In this document: positions 24,189 to 33,375 of the stretch, in pieces | Numbering within the stretch: position 1 is the stretch's first letter | How the letters are laid out: every line of letters begins with the position of its first letter | DNA from: Phage NC-G | Sequence record: MK310184 | Reading direction: 5' to 3' (one strand) | Length of the DNA stretch: 64,000 nt | The notes under the pieces: generated by a model | Database searches by the model: none | What the model saw: only the letters and a program-made list of their open reading frames with translations | What the model was told of the DNA's origin: nothing | Made by a program: the position numbers and the translations under genes

Positions 24189-24629
24189 TTAACCTCGGTT
24201 CATAAAGGCATTAAAAATCTGGTCGTCAATTGAATAAACTGGAGCTTCCAGAATTTTCAACAGGCTATTTTTGATATACTTGCTAGGGATATCCATATTA
24301 ACGCAGTCGTTCAATTCGTTGTCAGGGAGGATATCTTTAAATTCGAATCCTTCAAATTCAACCTTGTCGGGAAAACCATCAGCGAAAAAATAAACCAATT
24401 GGTGCATTGTATTGCGCGAAAATAATTTAGACTTAACTGCAATAAGTTCTTGCCATTGGTTTAATTCTTTGTTAAGAAGTTTATGGGCAAATACAATCCT
24501 ATCATCGCTATCAACAATAAAATAACCCAGGTATTTATGGTCGTCGCTCCAAAACATCCTGTATGCTTGTGCATTTGGATTTTTACAACGAAGTTTTTTG
24601 ATAACCAAATTTCTGTTAATCTTATTCAC
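24189..24629 (-). CDS. hypothetical protein (146 aa)
   Basis: track ORF, co-oriented and tightly packed. Confidence 0.55.
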   Translation of the reverse strand: MNKINRNLVIKKLRCKNPNAQAYRMFWSDDHKYLGYFIVDSDDRIVFAHKLLNKELNQWQELIAVKSKLFSRNTMHQLVYFFADGFPDKVEFEGFEFKDILPDNELNDCVNMDIPSKYIKNSLLKILEAPVYSIDDQIFNAFMNRG

Positions 24630-24915
24630 CTGTTACCTCTTTAACGATATTTTTGTTATCGAAATTGGCATCACAGTACAGAACATAGTTATACTGCATA
24701 ACACCGCTAGAAGCCAATTGGTCAGATACTTCTTTAACCATATCAGGACGGTCGCGTTTAGTGATGTTCATGATATCAGCATAAATCTGATGTTCAACTG
24801 ATTCTTGGTCTGCAGTCATTGACCATTCACAAAGGTCTTTATCCAGTCCGGCTGTAACTGGAGCTGTACCACATGATGCTACTATAAGGATTGCTGCGAT
24901 TAATAACTTTTTCAT
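24622..24915 (-). CDS. periplasmic lipoprotein (97 aa), possibly spackle (Sp)-like
   Basis: track ORF trimmed to ATG 24915 (GAGGAG RBS); signal peptide with lipobox VASC; Sp assignment is recollection only. Confidence 0.5.
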   Translation of the reverse strand: MKKLLIAAILIVASCGTAPVTAGLDKDLCEWSMTADQESVEHQIYADIMNITKRDRPDMVKEVSDQLASSGVMQYNYVLYCDANFDNKNIVKEVTGE

Positions 24916-24943
24916 TTTTAACTCCTCGTTAGTTGATAGGTCT

Positions 24944-24974
24944 ATAGTATCATTTACCATAGACCGTTGTAAAC
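24944..24974 (-). promoter_or_regulatory. possible early promoter (long spacer)
   Basis: -35 GTTTAC 24969-24974, extended -10 TGaTACTAT 24944-24949, but 19-bp spacer. Confidence 0.4.
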
Positions 24975-24976
24975 AC

Positions 24977-25273
24977 TTATTTTACTTTAGCGTAATCTAA
25001 AGTTACTAACTGTGATTCCATTATCAGACGACGTTGACGACGGAGAACCTCACCACCAACATAAGCACGAAAAGCTTTTTTGCACTGACGAATCTGGCGC
25101 TTAGTAGGACGAACAGTAAATTCGTAGAACTCTACAAAATCCATTTCGCCTTTAGTTTCCTGAGAAAGGACAAGTTCCCAGCGACTGTTAATACGATCTG
25201 CATAAATCTTATGCTTACCGAAAGACCTGTCCCAAAAGCCACTTTTAACAGGCTTCATAATTTGAATATTCAT
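24977..25273 (-). CDS. hypothetical protein (98 aa)
   Basis: track ORF trimmed to ATG 25273, 1 nt after upstream stop. Confidence 0.5.
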   Translation of the reverse strand: MNIQIMKPVKSGFWDRSFGKHKIYADRINSRWELVLSQETKGEMDFVEFYEFTVRPTKRQIRQCKKAFRAYVGGEVLRRQRRLIMESQLVTLDYAKVK

Positions 25274-25274
25274 T

Positions 25275-25415
25275 TTATTCCTCGTCTTCATGTTTATGAG
25301 CAATTTCTTCGAATTCACTGTCACAGTCTAAACAAGTCGCATTATCATACGCGTCAAAAACGGCTTCGTCTTCATAGACACTACAGCCGCACACTACACA
25401 TTCTACTTCTTCCAT
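25275..25415 (-). CDS. zinc-ribbon protein (46 aa)
   Basis: CVVCGC...CLDC motif; ATG abuts upstream stop; below track size cut-off. Confidence 0.4.
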   Translation of the reverse strand: MEEVECVVCGCSVYEDEAVFDAYDNATCLDCDSEFEEIAHKHEDEE

Positions 25416-25619
25416 TTAGATTTCCTCAATACGGGCATCATATTCAAAAACTTTATTGTCATTAACAAAGGCTTTCACCAGCGCATTATTCACTTCTGCA
25501 TACTGCACTGTAACCCATTCAATCATATTTTGGTCACTAACATCCAGCGCAGTTTCTTTGGTAAACATATTACCGTTTTCAAACCAACCAATAAATACTA
25601 CGATCTCTAATTTAAACAT
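25416..25619 (-). CDS. hypothetical protein (67 aa)
   Basis: track ORF, co-oriented and tightly packed. Confidence 0.5.
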   Translation of the reverse strand: MFKLEIVVFIGWFENGNMFTKETALDVSDQNMIEWVTVQYAEVNNALVKAFVNDNKVFEYDARIEEI

Positions 25620-25937
25620 TTAGATTTCCTCGCAGAAGGCCCATTCAGCATGATAAACCGTAGCGCCTTTAGTATCATTTAAACAAACCACATCCACCGG
25701 AGCAATTACGCGATAAAGACGAGGTTCTCCTCCCACTGAACGAGCAGCTCGTCCAGCATAAATCTTAGCCAAACCGATGTCCTCAGTAAAGAATACACGA
25801 TTCAGGTTTTTCTTACGACCAGTTTCAGACAGAACTCCTGTTTCCTCAGGAGGACAAAGCATATTACCAATATTAGCAACACTACAACTTCCGTGATAAT
25901 ACACTTTATATTCTGCTTTACAGTCGATGGTTTTCAT
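25620..25937 (-). CDS. hypothetical protein (105 aa)
   Basis: track ORF trimmed from TTG to ATG 25937 with GGAGAA RBS; first gene after promoter. Confidence 0.55.
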   Translation of the reverse strand: MKTIDCKAEYKVYYHGSCSVANIGNMLCPPEETGVLSETGRKKNLNRVFFTEDIGLAKIYAGRAARSVGGEPRLYRVIAPVDVVCLNDTKGATVYHAEWAFCEEI

Positions 25938-25961
25938 TTTGTTCTCCAAGTTGATAGGTCT

Positions 25962-25990
25962 ATAGTATCATGCCTACAGGAGAAGTAAAC
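25962..25990 (-). promoter_or_regulatory. early promoter
   Basis: -35 GTTTAC 25985-25990, 17-bp spacer, -10 TACTAT 25962-25967; inverted repeat ttctcc/ggagaa. Confidence 0.6.
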
Positions 25991-25997
25991 CCTTAAA

Positions 25998-26022
25998 ACA
26001 AAAAAAGGAGCCGAAGCTCCTT
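25998..26022 (-). terminator. intrinsic terminator after gene 41
   Basis: AAGGAGC-UUCG-GCUCCUU (26005-26022) followed by U7; overlaps gene 41 stop. Confidence 0.65.
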
Positions 26023-27460
26023 AAAATTTTATAGATGCTGCCAAATCGTCCAAATCGCTTCTATTAACACGCGACTGGCGATTGACTTCGGCTTGGCGAT
26101 TCATTTCACCTGTAGCCTCACGAACGGTGTTCACAGGGCCTTGGTTAGAATCGTCTTCAACTTCATACCAACGCTGGTTTCCTTTCTTAACACCAATCTT
26201 AAATTTGTTGTAGTAGCTCTTATCACCATAACGAGATTTAAGCTGCTTAATCATCTGCATACCCATCTGGGCAAACTCTTCTGTCTCGACCACACCTAAC
26301 ATGAAGTCTGCAGTATGTGCAATACCAAAAGATTCAGCGATATCAGCCATATCGATTTCGGCAGCAACGTTTGCACCACGAGTAGTCTGGGCCGCCGTCC
26401 ACAACAATAATTTCTTCTCTACTGCAAGGCCACGTAGTTCTTCGGCAACCATCTTAATCAATCCGTAACTGTTTTCAGAGAAAACTTTCGTACGGGATGA
26501 AGCACAGATAGCCAAGTAGTCGACGATAACGACCTGTGGAACAAAGTTTTGTTTGAGCTTGTATTCGTTTAATAATGCACGGAATGTATCGGCATTAGCA
26601 CCACCGGTAGGATACTGTTTAATCTTTAAACGACCTAAAGTAGCAGTTGAACGCCACTTATCCATCTTAGCTTTATATTCAGGCCATGAGACGTGACCAT
26701 CATCGATATCATCCAGCGATACATCCAGAAGGTTAGCATCGATACGCTTAGCACATACTTCTTCTGCCATCTCCATGGAGATATAAAGAACATCGTAACC
26801 GGATTGAAGGTAATCAGCAGCCAATGAACATAGTCCAAGAGACTTACCTACGTTTGTTCCTGCCAACAATACGTTTTCAGTACCAAACTCAGCGCCACCC
26901 TTAGTAATCTTATTCAGAATATTAAGACGGAATGGAACCTTACGTGCTTTATCAGAATAACTTTTGAATCGTTCTTCATAGTCATCCATCCAGTCATGGC
27001 CTAATTCAGAATCGAAACAAATCGATAATGCATCACGCATGATATCCGGAATAGCACCGATACCTGGGAGTTTTCTATTTTGTTGCTCAACCGGAAGGTC
27101 GGCATTAGTTTGAATTTCAATAATTTTTGAAGTGGCATTATACATCGCTGCCTTCTGAACATATTTCTCTGTCTCTTTAACCAACCATTCTTGGTCTTCA
27201 GGGCCTGCATTCAGAGAATTTAAAAGCTCTTTAGCTCCTTGGTGTTCGACTTCTGAAAGGGTGCTGTTATCTAATGCAATACTCAAAGCATTTTTAGAAG
27301 GCACCGCATTATATTCATTGACATGTTTTTTGATTTCTTTGAAAAGGGTCTTTGCCGGGCCCTGGTCAAAATAAGAATCATTCATATAAGGCCAGACCTT
27401 AGTGAAATAATCACTATTGCCTAGCAGTTGAGCCAAAATAGTTTCTACCACTTCCACCAC
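26021..27460 (-). CDS. 41: replicative DNA helicase (DnaB-like) gp41
   Basis: 479 aa; Walker A GTNVGKS and DnaB-family C-terminal domain; synteny with 61/uvsX. Confidence 0.92.
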   Translation of the reverse strand: MVEVVETILAQLLGNSDYFTKVWPYMNDSYFDQGPAKTLFKEIKKHVNEYNAVPSKNALSIALDNSTLSEVEHQGAKELLNSLNAGPEDQEWLVKETEKYVQKAAMYNATSKIIEIQTNADLPVEQQNRKLPGIGAIPDIMRDALSICFDSELGHDWMDDYEERFKSYSDKARKVPFRLNILNKITKGGAEFGTENVLLAGTNVGKSLGLCSLAADYLQSGYDVLYISMEMAEEVCAKRIDANLLDVSLDDIDDGHVSWPEYKAKMDKWRSTATLGRLKIKQYPTGGANADTFRALLNEYKLKQNFVPQVVIVDYLAICASSRTKVFSENSYGLIKMVAEELRGLAVEKKLLLWTAAQTTRGANVAAEIDMADIAESFGIAHTADFMLGVVETEEFAQMGMQMIKQLKSRYGDKSYYNKFKIGVKKGNQRWYEVEDDSNQGPVNTVREATGEMNRQAEVNRQSRVNRSDLDDLAASIKF

Positions 27461-27774
27461 CTCTTAGATTTAATTTTATCCAGTTCTTCTTGTATTTGCA
27501 TTGTAACACATTTTTCTACATGAAGCGCTAGCTCTTCTTTTCGGTCTTCGGAAGGCGTTCCGAAATCAACCGACACTTTTCCATCTTTCTCAATAACAAT
27601 ATTCATCACATAAACGATGTGAGCAGTGCCATCGGGTAATGTAAGCATAATTTCCTGCTTAACAGAACCCATTGACTTACGGATTATATCTAACGATTTC
27701 TCATAATAACGAGGGTCACTAGGACCCTCTTCAGTATCTTTAACAAAATTATCTAAATCAGATAAATCAGTCAT
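27445..27774 (-). CDS. hypothetical protein at gene 40 position
   Basis: 109-aa ORF overlapping uvsX stop and gene 41 start, as gene 40 does in T4. Confidence 0.55.
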   Translation of the reverse strand: MTDLSDLDNFVKDTEEGPSDPRYYEKSLDIIRKSMGSVKQEIMLTLPDGTAHIVYVMNIVIEKDGKVSVDFGTPSEDRKEELALHVEKCVTMQIQEELDKIKSKRWWKW

Positions 27775-28939
27775 CTAAATCCATCTCTTCTAAATCGTTT
27801 TCGATATCAGCAGCGCTTTGAGTGTCACCACCCAATTTAACTGCAACGTTTTTAGAGACACGAGAGTTAATAAGGTCGTTCACCGCATCATCGACTTCTT
27901 TAATAGAATTAATTGCACCGAGCTTATACTTATTCTCGATTGCTTCACGGAATGGAGCATGTTTAAACAGCGGTCCCCAGAACTCAACACAATCGGTAGC
28001 TTTAGCACGCCATGATTTTTCTTCTTGAACCATTTCACCTGTGGTTTCGTCAAGGAATGCACGATTATACCAACCAGCTTTAGGTTTCACGACAAAGCCA
28101 ATATCAGTAGCCATTTCGAGCAGACCACTAAATGGGTCAATACCACCTTCAAAGTTCACAGTAATTGGGAACGTTGATTTCTCTTTAACAGTACGAGATT
28201 TTTCGGCCTTCAGGGTGAAGTCATAACCAGTGAGCTCGGTTCCATCTTTAACCTGACGTTTGGAGATAAAGAACACGGTAGAAGCAGAGTACAGAATACC
28301 AGTACCACCACCCATAATCTCTTTAGGATACATTCCACCAATTTCCATAGCCGTATGGTTAATTGCTACACAAGGAATATCCTTGATAGTCAGATAAGGT
28401 GTTACGATACGGAACAGAGATTTCAAAGACTTAGCACGAGTCATATCACCTACAACTTTCTCGTTCAAAGCATCTTCGGTTTCTTTCTTAGAAGCAGTGT
28501 TACCGATGGAGTCGATAAAGATAATAACCTTTTCGCCACGAGTAATTTCTTCTAATTGGTTGGTCATGTCAACCTTCAGTTGTTCGACCGACTGGATTGG
28601 CGTATGAACCACACGTTCCAGGTCAACACCCATTGAACGGAAATAAGATTCTGAAGCACCAAACTCAGAGTCATAGAACAAACAAATTGCGTCTGGATAT
28701 TTCTTCATATATGCCGCAACCATAGTTAATCCAAACAACGTTTTAAAGTGTTTAGACGGCGCAGCAAAGATTGTCAAACCTGATTGTAAGCCTGCATTCA
28801 ATGCACCACCCAATGCAATATTAAGCATAGGAATACGAGTAGGAACTTCGTCACGACCATTAAACAATTTAGATTTGGTCAGGTCGGCAGTCATTTTAGA
28901 AGTAGAAGCTTTAATCAAACGGGATTTTAAATCAGACAT
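27767..28939 (-). CDS. uvsX: UvsX recombinase (RecA-like)
   Basis: 390 aa; RecA-fold Walker A (AAPSKHFKT) and long collinear resemblance to recalled T4 UvsX. Confidence 0.92.
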   Translation of the reverse strand: MSDLKSRLIKASTSKMTADLTKSKLFNGRDEVPTRIPMLNIALGGALNAGLQSGLTIFAAPSKHFKTLFGLTMVAAYMKKYPDAICLFYDSEFGASESYFRSMGVDLERVVHTPIQSVEQLKVDMTNQLEEITRGEKVIIFIDSIGNTASKKETEDALNEKVVGDMTRAKSLKSLFRIVTPYLTIKDIPCVAINHTAMEIGGMYPKEIMGGGTGILYSASTVFFISKRQVKDGTELTGYDFTLKAEKSRTVKEKSTFPITVNFEGGIDPFSGLLEMATDIGFVVKPKAGWYNRAFLDETTGEMVQEEKSWRAKATDCVEFWGPLFKHAPFREAIENKYKLGAINSIKEVDDAVNDLINSRVSKNVAVKLGGDTQSAADIENDLEEMDLDD

Positions 28940-28991
28940 TATATTTTTCCATAGGCATCATTATATTTTTCTCACGTTTTAAGATAGGGTA

Positions 28992-29018
28992 ATTATATCA
29001 CTTCACAGCTACAGCATT
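28992..29018 (-). promoter_or_regulatory. candidate MotA-dependent middle promoter for uvsX
   Basis: MotA-like box AATGCTGTA (29010-29018), 12-bp spacer, -10 TATAAT (28992-28997). Confidence 0.4.
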
Positions 29019-29148
29019 ACTTAATTCCTCGGTTGATAGCCTTATCGACTATCTTCCGAACTTCTCGTTTCTCGAGCCACACTAATAATAGCAAGGCTCC
29101 GAAAGAGAATAATAACAAACCTATAAAAAGCAATAGAGGACCTAGCAT
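29017..29148 (-). CDS. small membrane protein (43 aa)
   Basis: ATG overlaps upstream stop (ATGCTAG); hydrophobic MLGPLLLFIGLLLFSFGALLLLVW... Confidence 0.3.
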   Translation of the reverse strand: MLGPLLLFIGLLLFSFGALLLLVWLEKREVRKIVDKAINRGIK

Positions 29149-30035
29149 ACTACGTCCTCATAACGTGGCATTTCGTATTCAGAATGAATATTGGCACCGA
29201 AATAAATGAATTCAGCCAGACCAGGATGAAATACTAAACCTGGGTTCTCATGATAAATGATATGTGGTCTTGATTTCAGAATTTGATAATATTCAACCTT
29301 ACTCGGTTTGAATTTAATAATCTCTACATCAGGACGATAGTCTTCACGTTTAAATGAATCGTTAGGGTCGGTGATATAAAGACGAGCACCTTCAGCCGCA
29401 GCTTGGTCTACAACTCTTTCGAATTGATAACACTTATCTGAAATACGGAACGGATGGAAAATACCATCAATTTTAATAGGCGCTAGACCTTCAGAGTAAC
29501 GCTCAATTACTGCCGGATTAATTACCTTTTGGTCTACAAAAATTTTATCAGAGGATGCACCTCGTGACACCAGGACGTCTTTCTGGCATTGATTCAGCAC
29601 TGTAGTATAAAGTGAACGTTCAACTGAAGCCACATCAATATCAATGAACTCGTCGATATAATAACGAGGAACTTCAGGGTCCATTGTGATATTAAAGTTG
29701 AATTGTACAGTATGAGCGCCGTCATAACCGGTGATATCGGTTACTAGTCCTGAGCAATCATAGTATTCGATTAGAGAATCGACTACAAACTCGTTTTCAG
29801 ACCAGAAATGTTTACGGGTTTCATAAGCATTTTCTTTATACCAAAGTGGTACGAAATTCAGTTCTGGGAATAATTCAATGCATTCTTTGATATCGCTCGA
29901 ATTTCTAGGATAAGCCAGATAATCACCTGGACGAGCACGATTTAAATGGAGTTGAAAATTACCGTCCTTAAGGACGGCATATTCACCTGTTTCGTAACTA
30001 CGCATACTGAAAATAGGAACGATAAACAGACTCAT
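29142..30035 (-). CDS. hypothetical protein in beta-gt slot; candidate hmC sugar transferase
   Basis: 297-aa ORF; start overlaps stop of 42-like gene (ATGA); function inferred from position only. Confidence 0.55.
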   Translation of the reverse strand: MSLFIVPIFSMRSYETGEYAVLKDGNFQLHLNRARPGDYLAYPRNSSDIKECIELFPELNFVPLWYKENAYETRKHFWSENEFVVDSLIEYYDCSGLVTDITGYDGAHTVQFNFNITMDPEVPRYYIDEFIDIDVASVERSLYTTVLNQCQKDVLVSRGASSDKIFVDQKVINPAVIERYSEGLAPIKIDGIFHPFRISDKCYQFERVVDQAAAEGARLYITDPNDSFKREDYRPDVEIIKFKPSKVEYYQILKSRPHIIYHENPGLVFHPGLAEFIYFGANIHSEYEMPRYEDVVC

Positions 30036-30730
30036 TTCAGGAAACCTCGGACGTAGTCAAAATCACGTTCAAACACGTGTGCACTTACCATGGTGTGGGA
30101 ATACGTACCTAAACCGACACCACACTGTTCAGCAATAAATGCCATCAGTTTACCCTGCAGATAGAAATCCAGTTGCATAACAACAGCGCAGTTTTGTGAA
30201 CGCATATGGGTATGTGCATACAAACGTCCGTCACGGATATAATACGTCACCGAATCAGTGCATGGATATTCTAAGGATTCGTCAGAATCAAGGAGGGCTT
30301 GGTCTTGTTCTTGGAGAATCTGGAACACAACTCTTCGCGAGTTAGCCTTTTCTTTAAGCTCTTTAAGTAGGGCTGGGAGTTGGGCCACAATTCGAGGTCC
30401 ATAGAAAGTGTTGAAGTTTGCAGGCAATACGTCACTTTTCGGCTTATCAATGAACTTAGCAACATTAGGATATTCCTTAAATGCTTCGGCAGCGTCAGTA
30501 CCACCAGAAATCATAAATTTCCAAAAGGATTCGGCATATTCGTAACTAATACGATTGATACGTGGGTCGGTGAATTTATAGGTGCTGGCATCCAGTACTT
30601 CTATCGAAGCAGAACCAATTTCATAACAACGTCCGATACGAGAATCAACTGCAAACTGCGGAGCTTCCAGGATTTCTTCGTTCATTTGTTTAAATGCATT
30701 TTCAAAACTAACAGCGGTAATGTGTTTCAT
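30032..30730 (-). CDS. 42: dCMP hydroxymethylase-like (thymidylate synthase family), divergent gp42
   Basis: 232 aa; TS-family signature around catalytic Cys (SRR...YPCTDSV.YYIRDGR...MRSQN); ATGA coupling both sides. Confidence 0.65.
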   Translation of the reverse strand: MKHITAVSFENAFKQMNEEILEAPQFAVDSRIGRCYEIGSASIEVLDASTYKFTDPRINRISYEYAESFWKFMISGGTDAAEAFKEYPNVAKFIDKPKSDVLPANFNTFYGPRIVAQLPALLKELKEKANSRRVVFQILQEQDQALLDSDESLEYPCTDSVTYYIRDGRLYAHTHMRSQNCAVVMQLDFYLQGKLMAFIAEQCGVGLGTYSHTMVSAHVFERDFDYVRGFLK

Positions 30731-31263
30731 TTATTCACCTTATTTTCAATATATTCGTTCAGACGTTTTAATTCTACCATATCAACATTAAGCAAATTAT
30801 TATGGCCGTCATGATTTAAGATTTTAAACACGTTTTCAAAACATGTTTCGTATTGCCGGATAGTTAGGTTGAACTCATCTTTGGTTAATTTAATAAGGTC
30901 GTCTTCAAAGTCTTCATCTAATGGATTACGAGTTAAAATAACCTCGATAACATTAAATTCGGATTTAAACCCTTTCCAATCTTCCAGTTCTACATAAGGG
31001 TCCATTTCACCACGAAGGAATCCTGAGTAAACAATATTACTTGGATAACCGCGGTCAAGGATGTAGACGAAATTAGGGTCTAAAAACTTATACAGAGTTT
31101 CAACTAAGGCCTTATCGTTATCAGTTCCTAATGAAATACATTTACCATTAATCTTTTTAGGAAAATCAATAAGACGATATTTCTTATCGGATAACAGATT
31201 TTTAATTAAAGTAGACTTCCCGGAATTATCCGGGCCGTCTATAACAATGATTTTTGGATTCAT
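30727..31263 (-). CDS. P-loop kinase (nucleotide or sugar kinase family)
   Basis: 178 aa; Walker A IVIDGPDNSGKSTL; translationally coupled within cassette. Confidence 0.6.
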   Translation of the reverse strand: MNPKIIVIDGPDNSGKSTLIKNLLSDKKYRLIDFPKKINGKCISLGTDNDKALVETLYKFLDPNFVYILDRGYPSNIVYSGFLRGEMDPYVELEDWKGFKSEFNVIEVILTRNPLDEDFEDDLIKLTKDEFNLTIRQYETCFENVFKILNHDGHNNLLNVDMVELKRLNEYIENKVNK

Positions 31264-31643
31264 GGATGATAGGCCTTATAACTATCAAGAGTTCCTTCAC
31301 GAACCATTTCTTTAAAGTGGTCAGGACGGATTGCTCGGTCATCGATGATAAAAGTATAACTCGGCTTGTGTGTAAGCAAATTGTGGTATTTCAATCCAAT
31401 TTTTTCAAGGTTCTTAACCAATGCAGGAACTACTTCAACCAAGATTCGACCTGGGCCACATGAAGTCATGCCACGGGCGGTGAACAATGTAATCTCGTAC
31501 CCTTCATCATAAAGCTTATTAATCATGGACACCATTTCGGTGTCCGGTTTAAAGTTCTCATAATCACGGTCATGGTTCCAAATCGTGATTGTGTTATCGA
31601 TATCAAAACATAAATGTGGCTTATTTTCTACTCGATGCGACAT
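31260..31643 (-). CDS. HAD-superfamily phosphatase
   Basis: track ORF trimmed to ATG 31643 (TAATG coupling); motifs DIDNTIT, LFTARG, FIIDDR. Confidence 0.65.
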   Translation of the reverse strand: MSHRVENKPHLCFDIDNTITIWNHDRDYENFKPDTEMVSMINKLYDEGYEITLFTARGMTSCGPGRILVEVVPALVKNLEKIGLKYHNLLTHKPSYTFIIDDRAIRPDHFKEMVREGTLDSYKAYHP

Positions 31644-33316
31644 TAAATTTTCTTCCATTGTTTGTGGAGTTCAGTAGAACCTGTAGGTTTATATTTTACA
31701 CCAGTTTCCTGGTCAAGCAAAACCCACTTATCAGGACAACGAGTAATAATTTGAGCCGTAATAGGGTCACGAACTTCATCGACAAATTCACCAGTAATAA
31801 GCTTACGCTTACGAGGATGCCGCTTCAGCAGCACACTCAGTTGGTACAAACCGTTATAATAAGCACCTAGAGCTTTCAGAGGGTTATTCTTAAAGTAACC
31901 TGCCAGAGCCATCCAAATAACAGCAATCCAGAGCTTGTGCTTAAATGTGCACATAGGAATATCGTCTAAAGGCATAACCTTTTCAATATCAACGAACACA
32001 CGAGTCCCATTACGAGTTAAGCCACCCCATAGAGGGTCTGAGTTAAATTTGTCATAGCCATCGATAGAATAAAGCACCTTAGCTTCATCATAAATCGCAG
32101 GGCCTTTAGAACTATTACCGAAATAACCACGTGGGTCGATGATTTTAATATCACCTTCATCTGACAGCATAATATTACTGTAGTGTGGGTCGCCATGAAT
32201 AAGTTGGTACGGCTCTTTATGTTCAGACAGAATTTCTAATGCATGGCGGAGAAGTTTTTCAGGGTCGCCTACCTTGAAGTCATTAACGTGGGTAATGCCT
32301 TGTGGAGCAAAGCCTTCAATCAATCCGGCAATAGAAGCATTACGAATAAGGACCTTGTCCAATACTTCTTTCTTAACATCGGAATACCATTGCTCATCGG
32401 ACGGGTTATCGATAGTTCCACCGAATGAACGTAATGCACTAATGACCTTATAAACCATGAGGACTTTAGTTTCTTTAGACATAAACCGGTAGGCATCTGC
32501 CATGGTACGACCAAAGATACGTTCCATTTTAATGAATTCGCCTGGAGAAAAGTCTACAATGCTAGGAACGAATTCAGAATCAATAGAATTATACCAATTG
32601 ATTTCTTTAGATTGAATTTCTTTACCTAATTCGTTAGTTGGTACTTTAATGGCCAGATTCTCGGTGAACTCTAATTTATTAAATTCACGGTTAATTTCAG
32701 ATTCTTCATGGGCTTTAGCCAGTTTCAATTTGTCACCGACATCAACTACAAAGTCCAGTTTACGTTCAGTCAAATAGACCATTGAATCCAGGTTATCAGC
32801 AAGGTCTTCGCCATAATTAGAACGGTCGAAACCTGTCCAATTGGCTACCTGATACAAACCAACTACGCCACCACCCGTACCAATTTCACGTAAGTACGGT
32901 TCTTCAAATGTAAAGCGACAGTCAGTTCCATAGGTATAACAGTAGTCGTTACCCCATTCAACTTTATGACCAATAGGAATGATGTCACACCAGTTAAACA
33001 AGACATTATGGCCAATGATATCTTCGGCAATGCAATCAATAGCATGAGCTGAACCATTAGCAACGTCAACGTTACGAATAGTGAATTTAGGCTTATCACC
33101 AGTAATCATGTTAATGGATTTAATATAGCCTTTAACGAGGTCGTTAAATTTGCTGTGAATAACCAGAATAATTTCATCTGATTGGTTACTATACAAATCA
33201 TACAAATGCTTTAATACCGTATGTTGTTTGTAGTTAACCAATACCTTCGGGATTTCGTTAGTAATTGGATACAACCGTGAGCCAAGACCCGCGCCTAAAA
33301 TAACAACCTTTTTCAT
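31643..33316 (-). CDS. bifunctional sugar-1-phosphate nucleotidyltransferase / sugar kinase (APH-like)
   Basis: track ORF trimmed to ATG 33316 (GAGGAA RBS); N-terminal ILGAGLGSRL; C-terminal HGDPHYSN and IIDPRG. Confidence 0.7.
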   Translation of the reverse strand: MKKVVILGAGLGSRLYPITNEIPKVLVNYKQHTVLKHLYDLYSNQSDEIILVIHSKFNDLVKGYIKSINMITGDKPKFTIRNVDVANGSAHAIDCIAEDIIGHNVLFNWCDIIPIGHKVEWGNDYCYTYGTDCRFTFEEPYLREIGTGGGVVGLYQVANWTGFDRSNYGEDLADNLDSMVYLTERKLDFVVDVGDKLKLAKAHEESEINREFNKLEFTENLAIKVPTNELGKEIQSKEINWYNSIDSEFVPSIVDFSPGEFIKMERIFGRTMADAYRFMSKETKVLMVYKVISALRSFGGTIDNPSDEQWYSDVKKEVLDKVLIRNASIAGLIEGFAPQGITHVNDFKVGDPEKLLRHALEILSEHKEPYQLIHGDPHYSNIMLSDEGDIKIIDPRGYFGNSSKGPAIYDEAKVLYSIDGYDKFNSDPLWGGLTRNGTRVFVDIEKVMPLDDIPMCTFKHKLWIAVIWMALAGYFKNNPLKALGAYYNGLYQLSVLLKRHPRKRKLITGEFVDEVRDPITAQIITRCPDKWVLLDQETGVKYKPTGSTELHKQWKKI

Positions 33317-33375
33317 TATCTGTTCCTCAAGTGAATGTAGGTACATTATACACTATTTTTAATAAATTCTATTGC

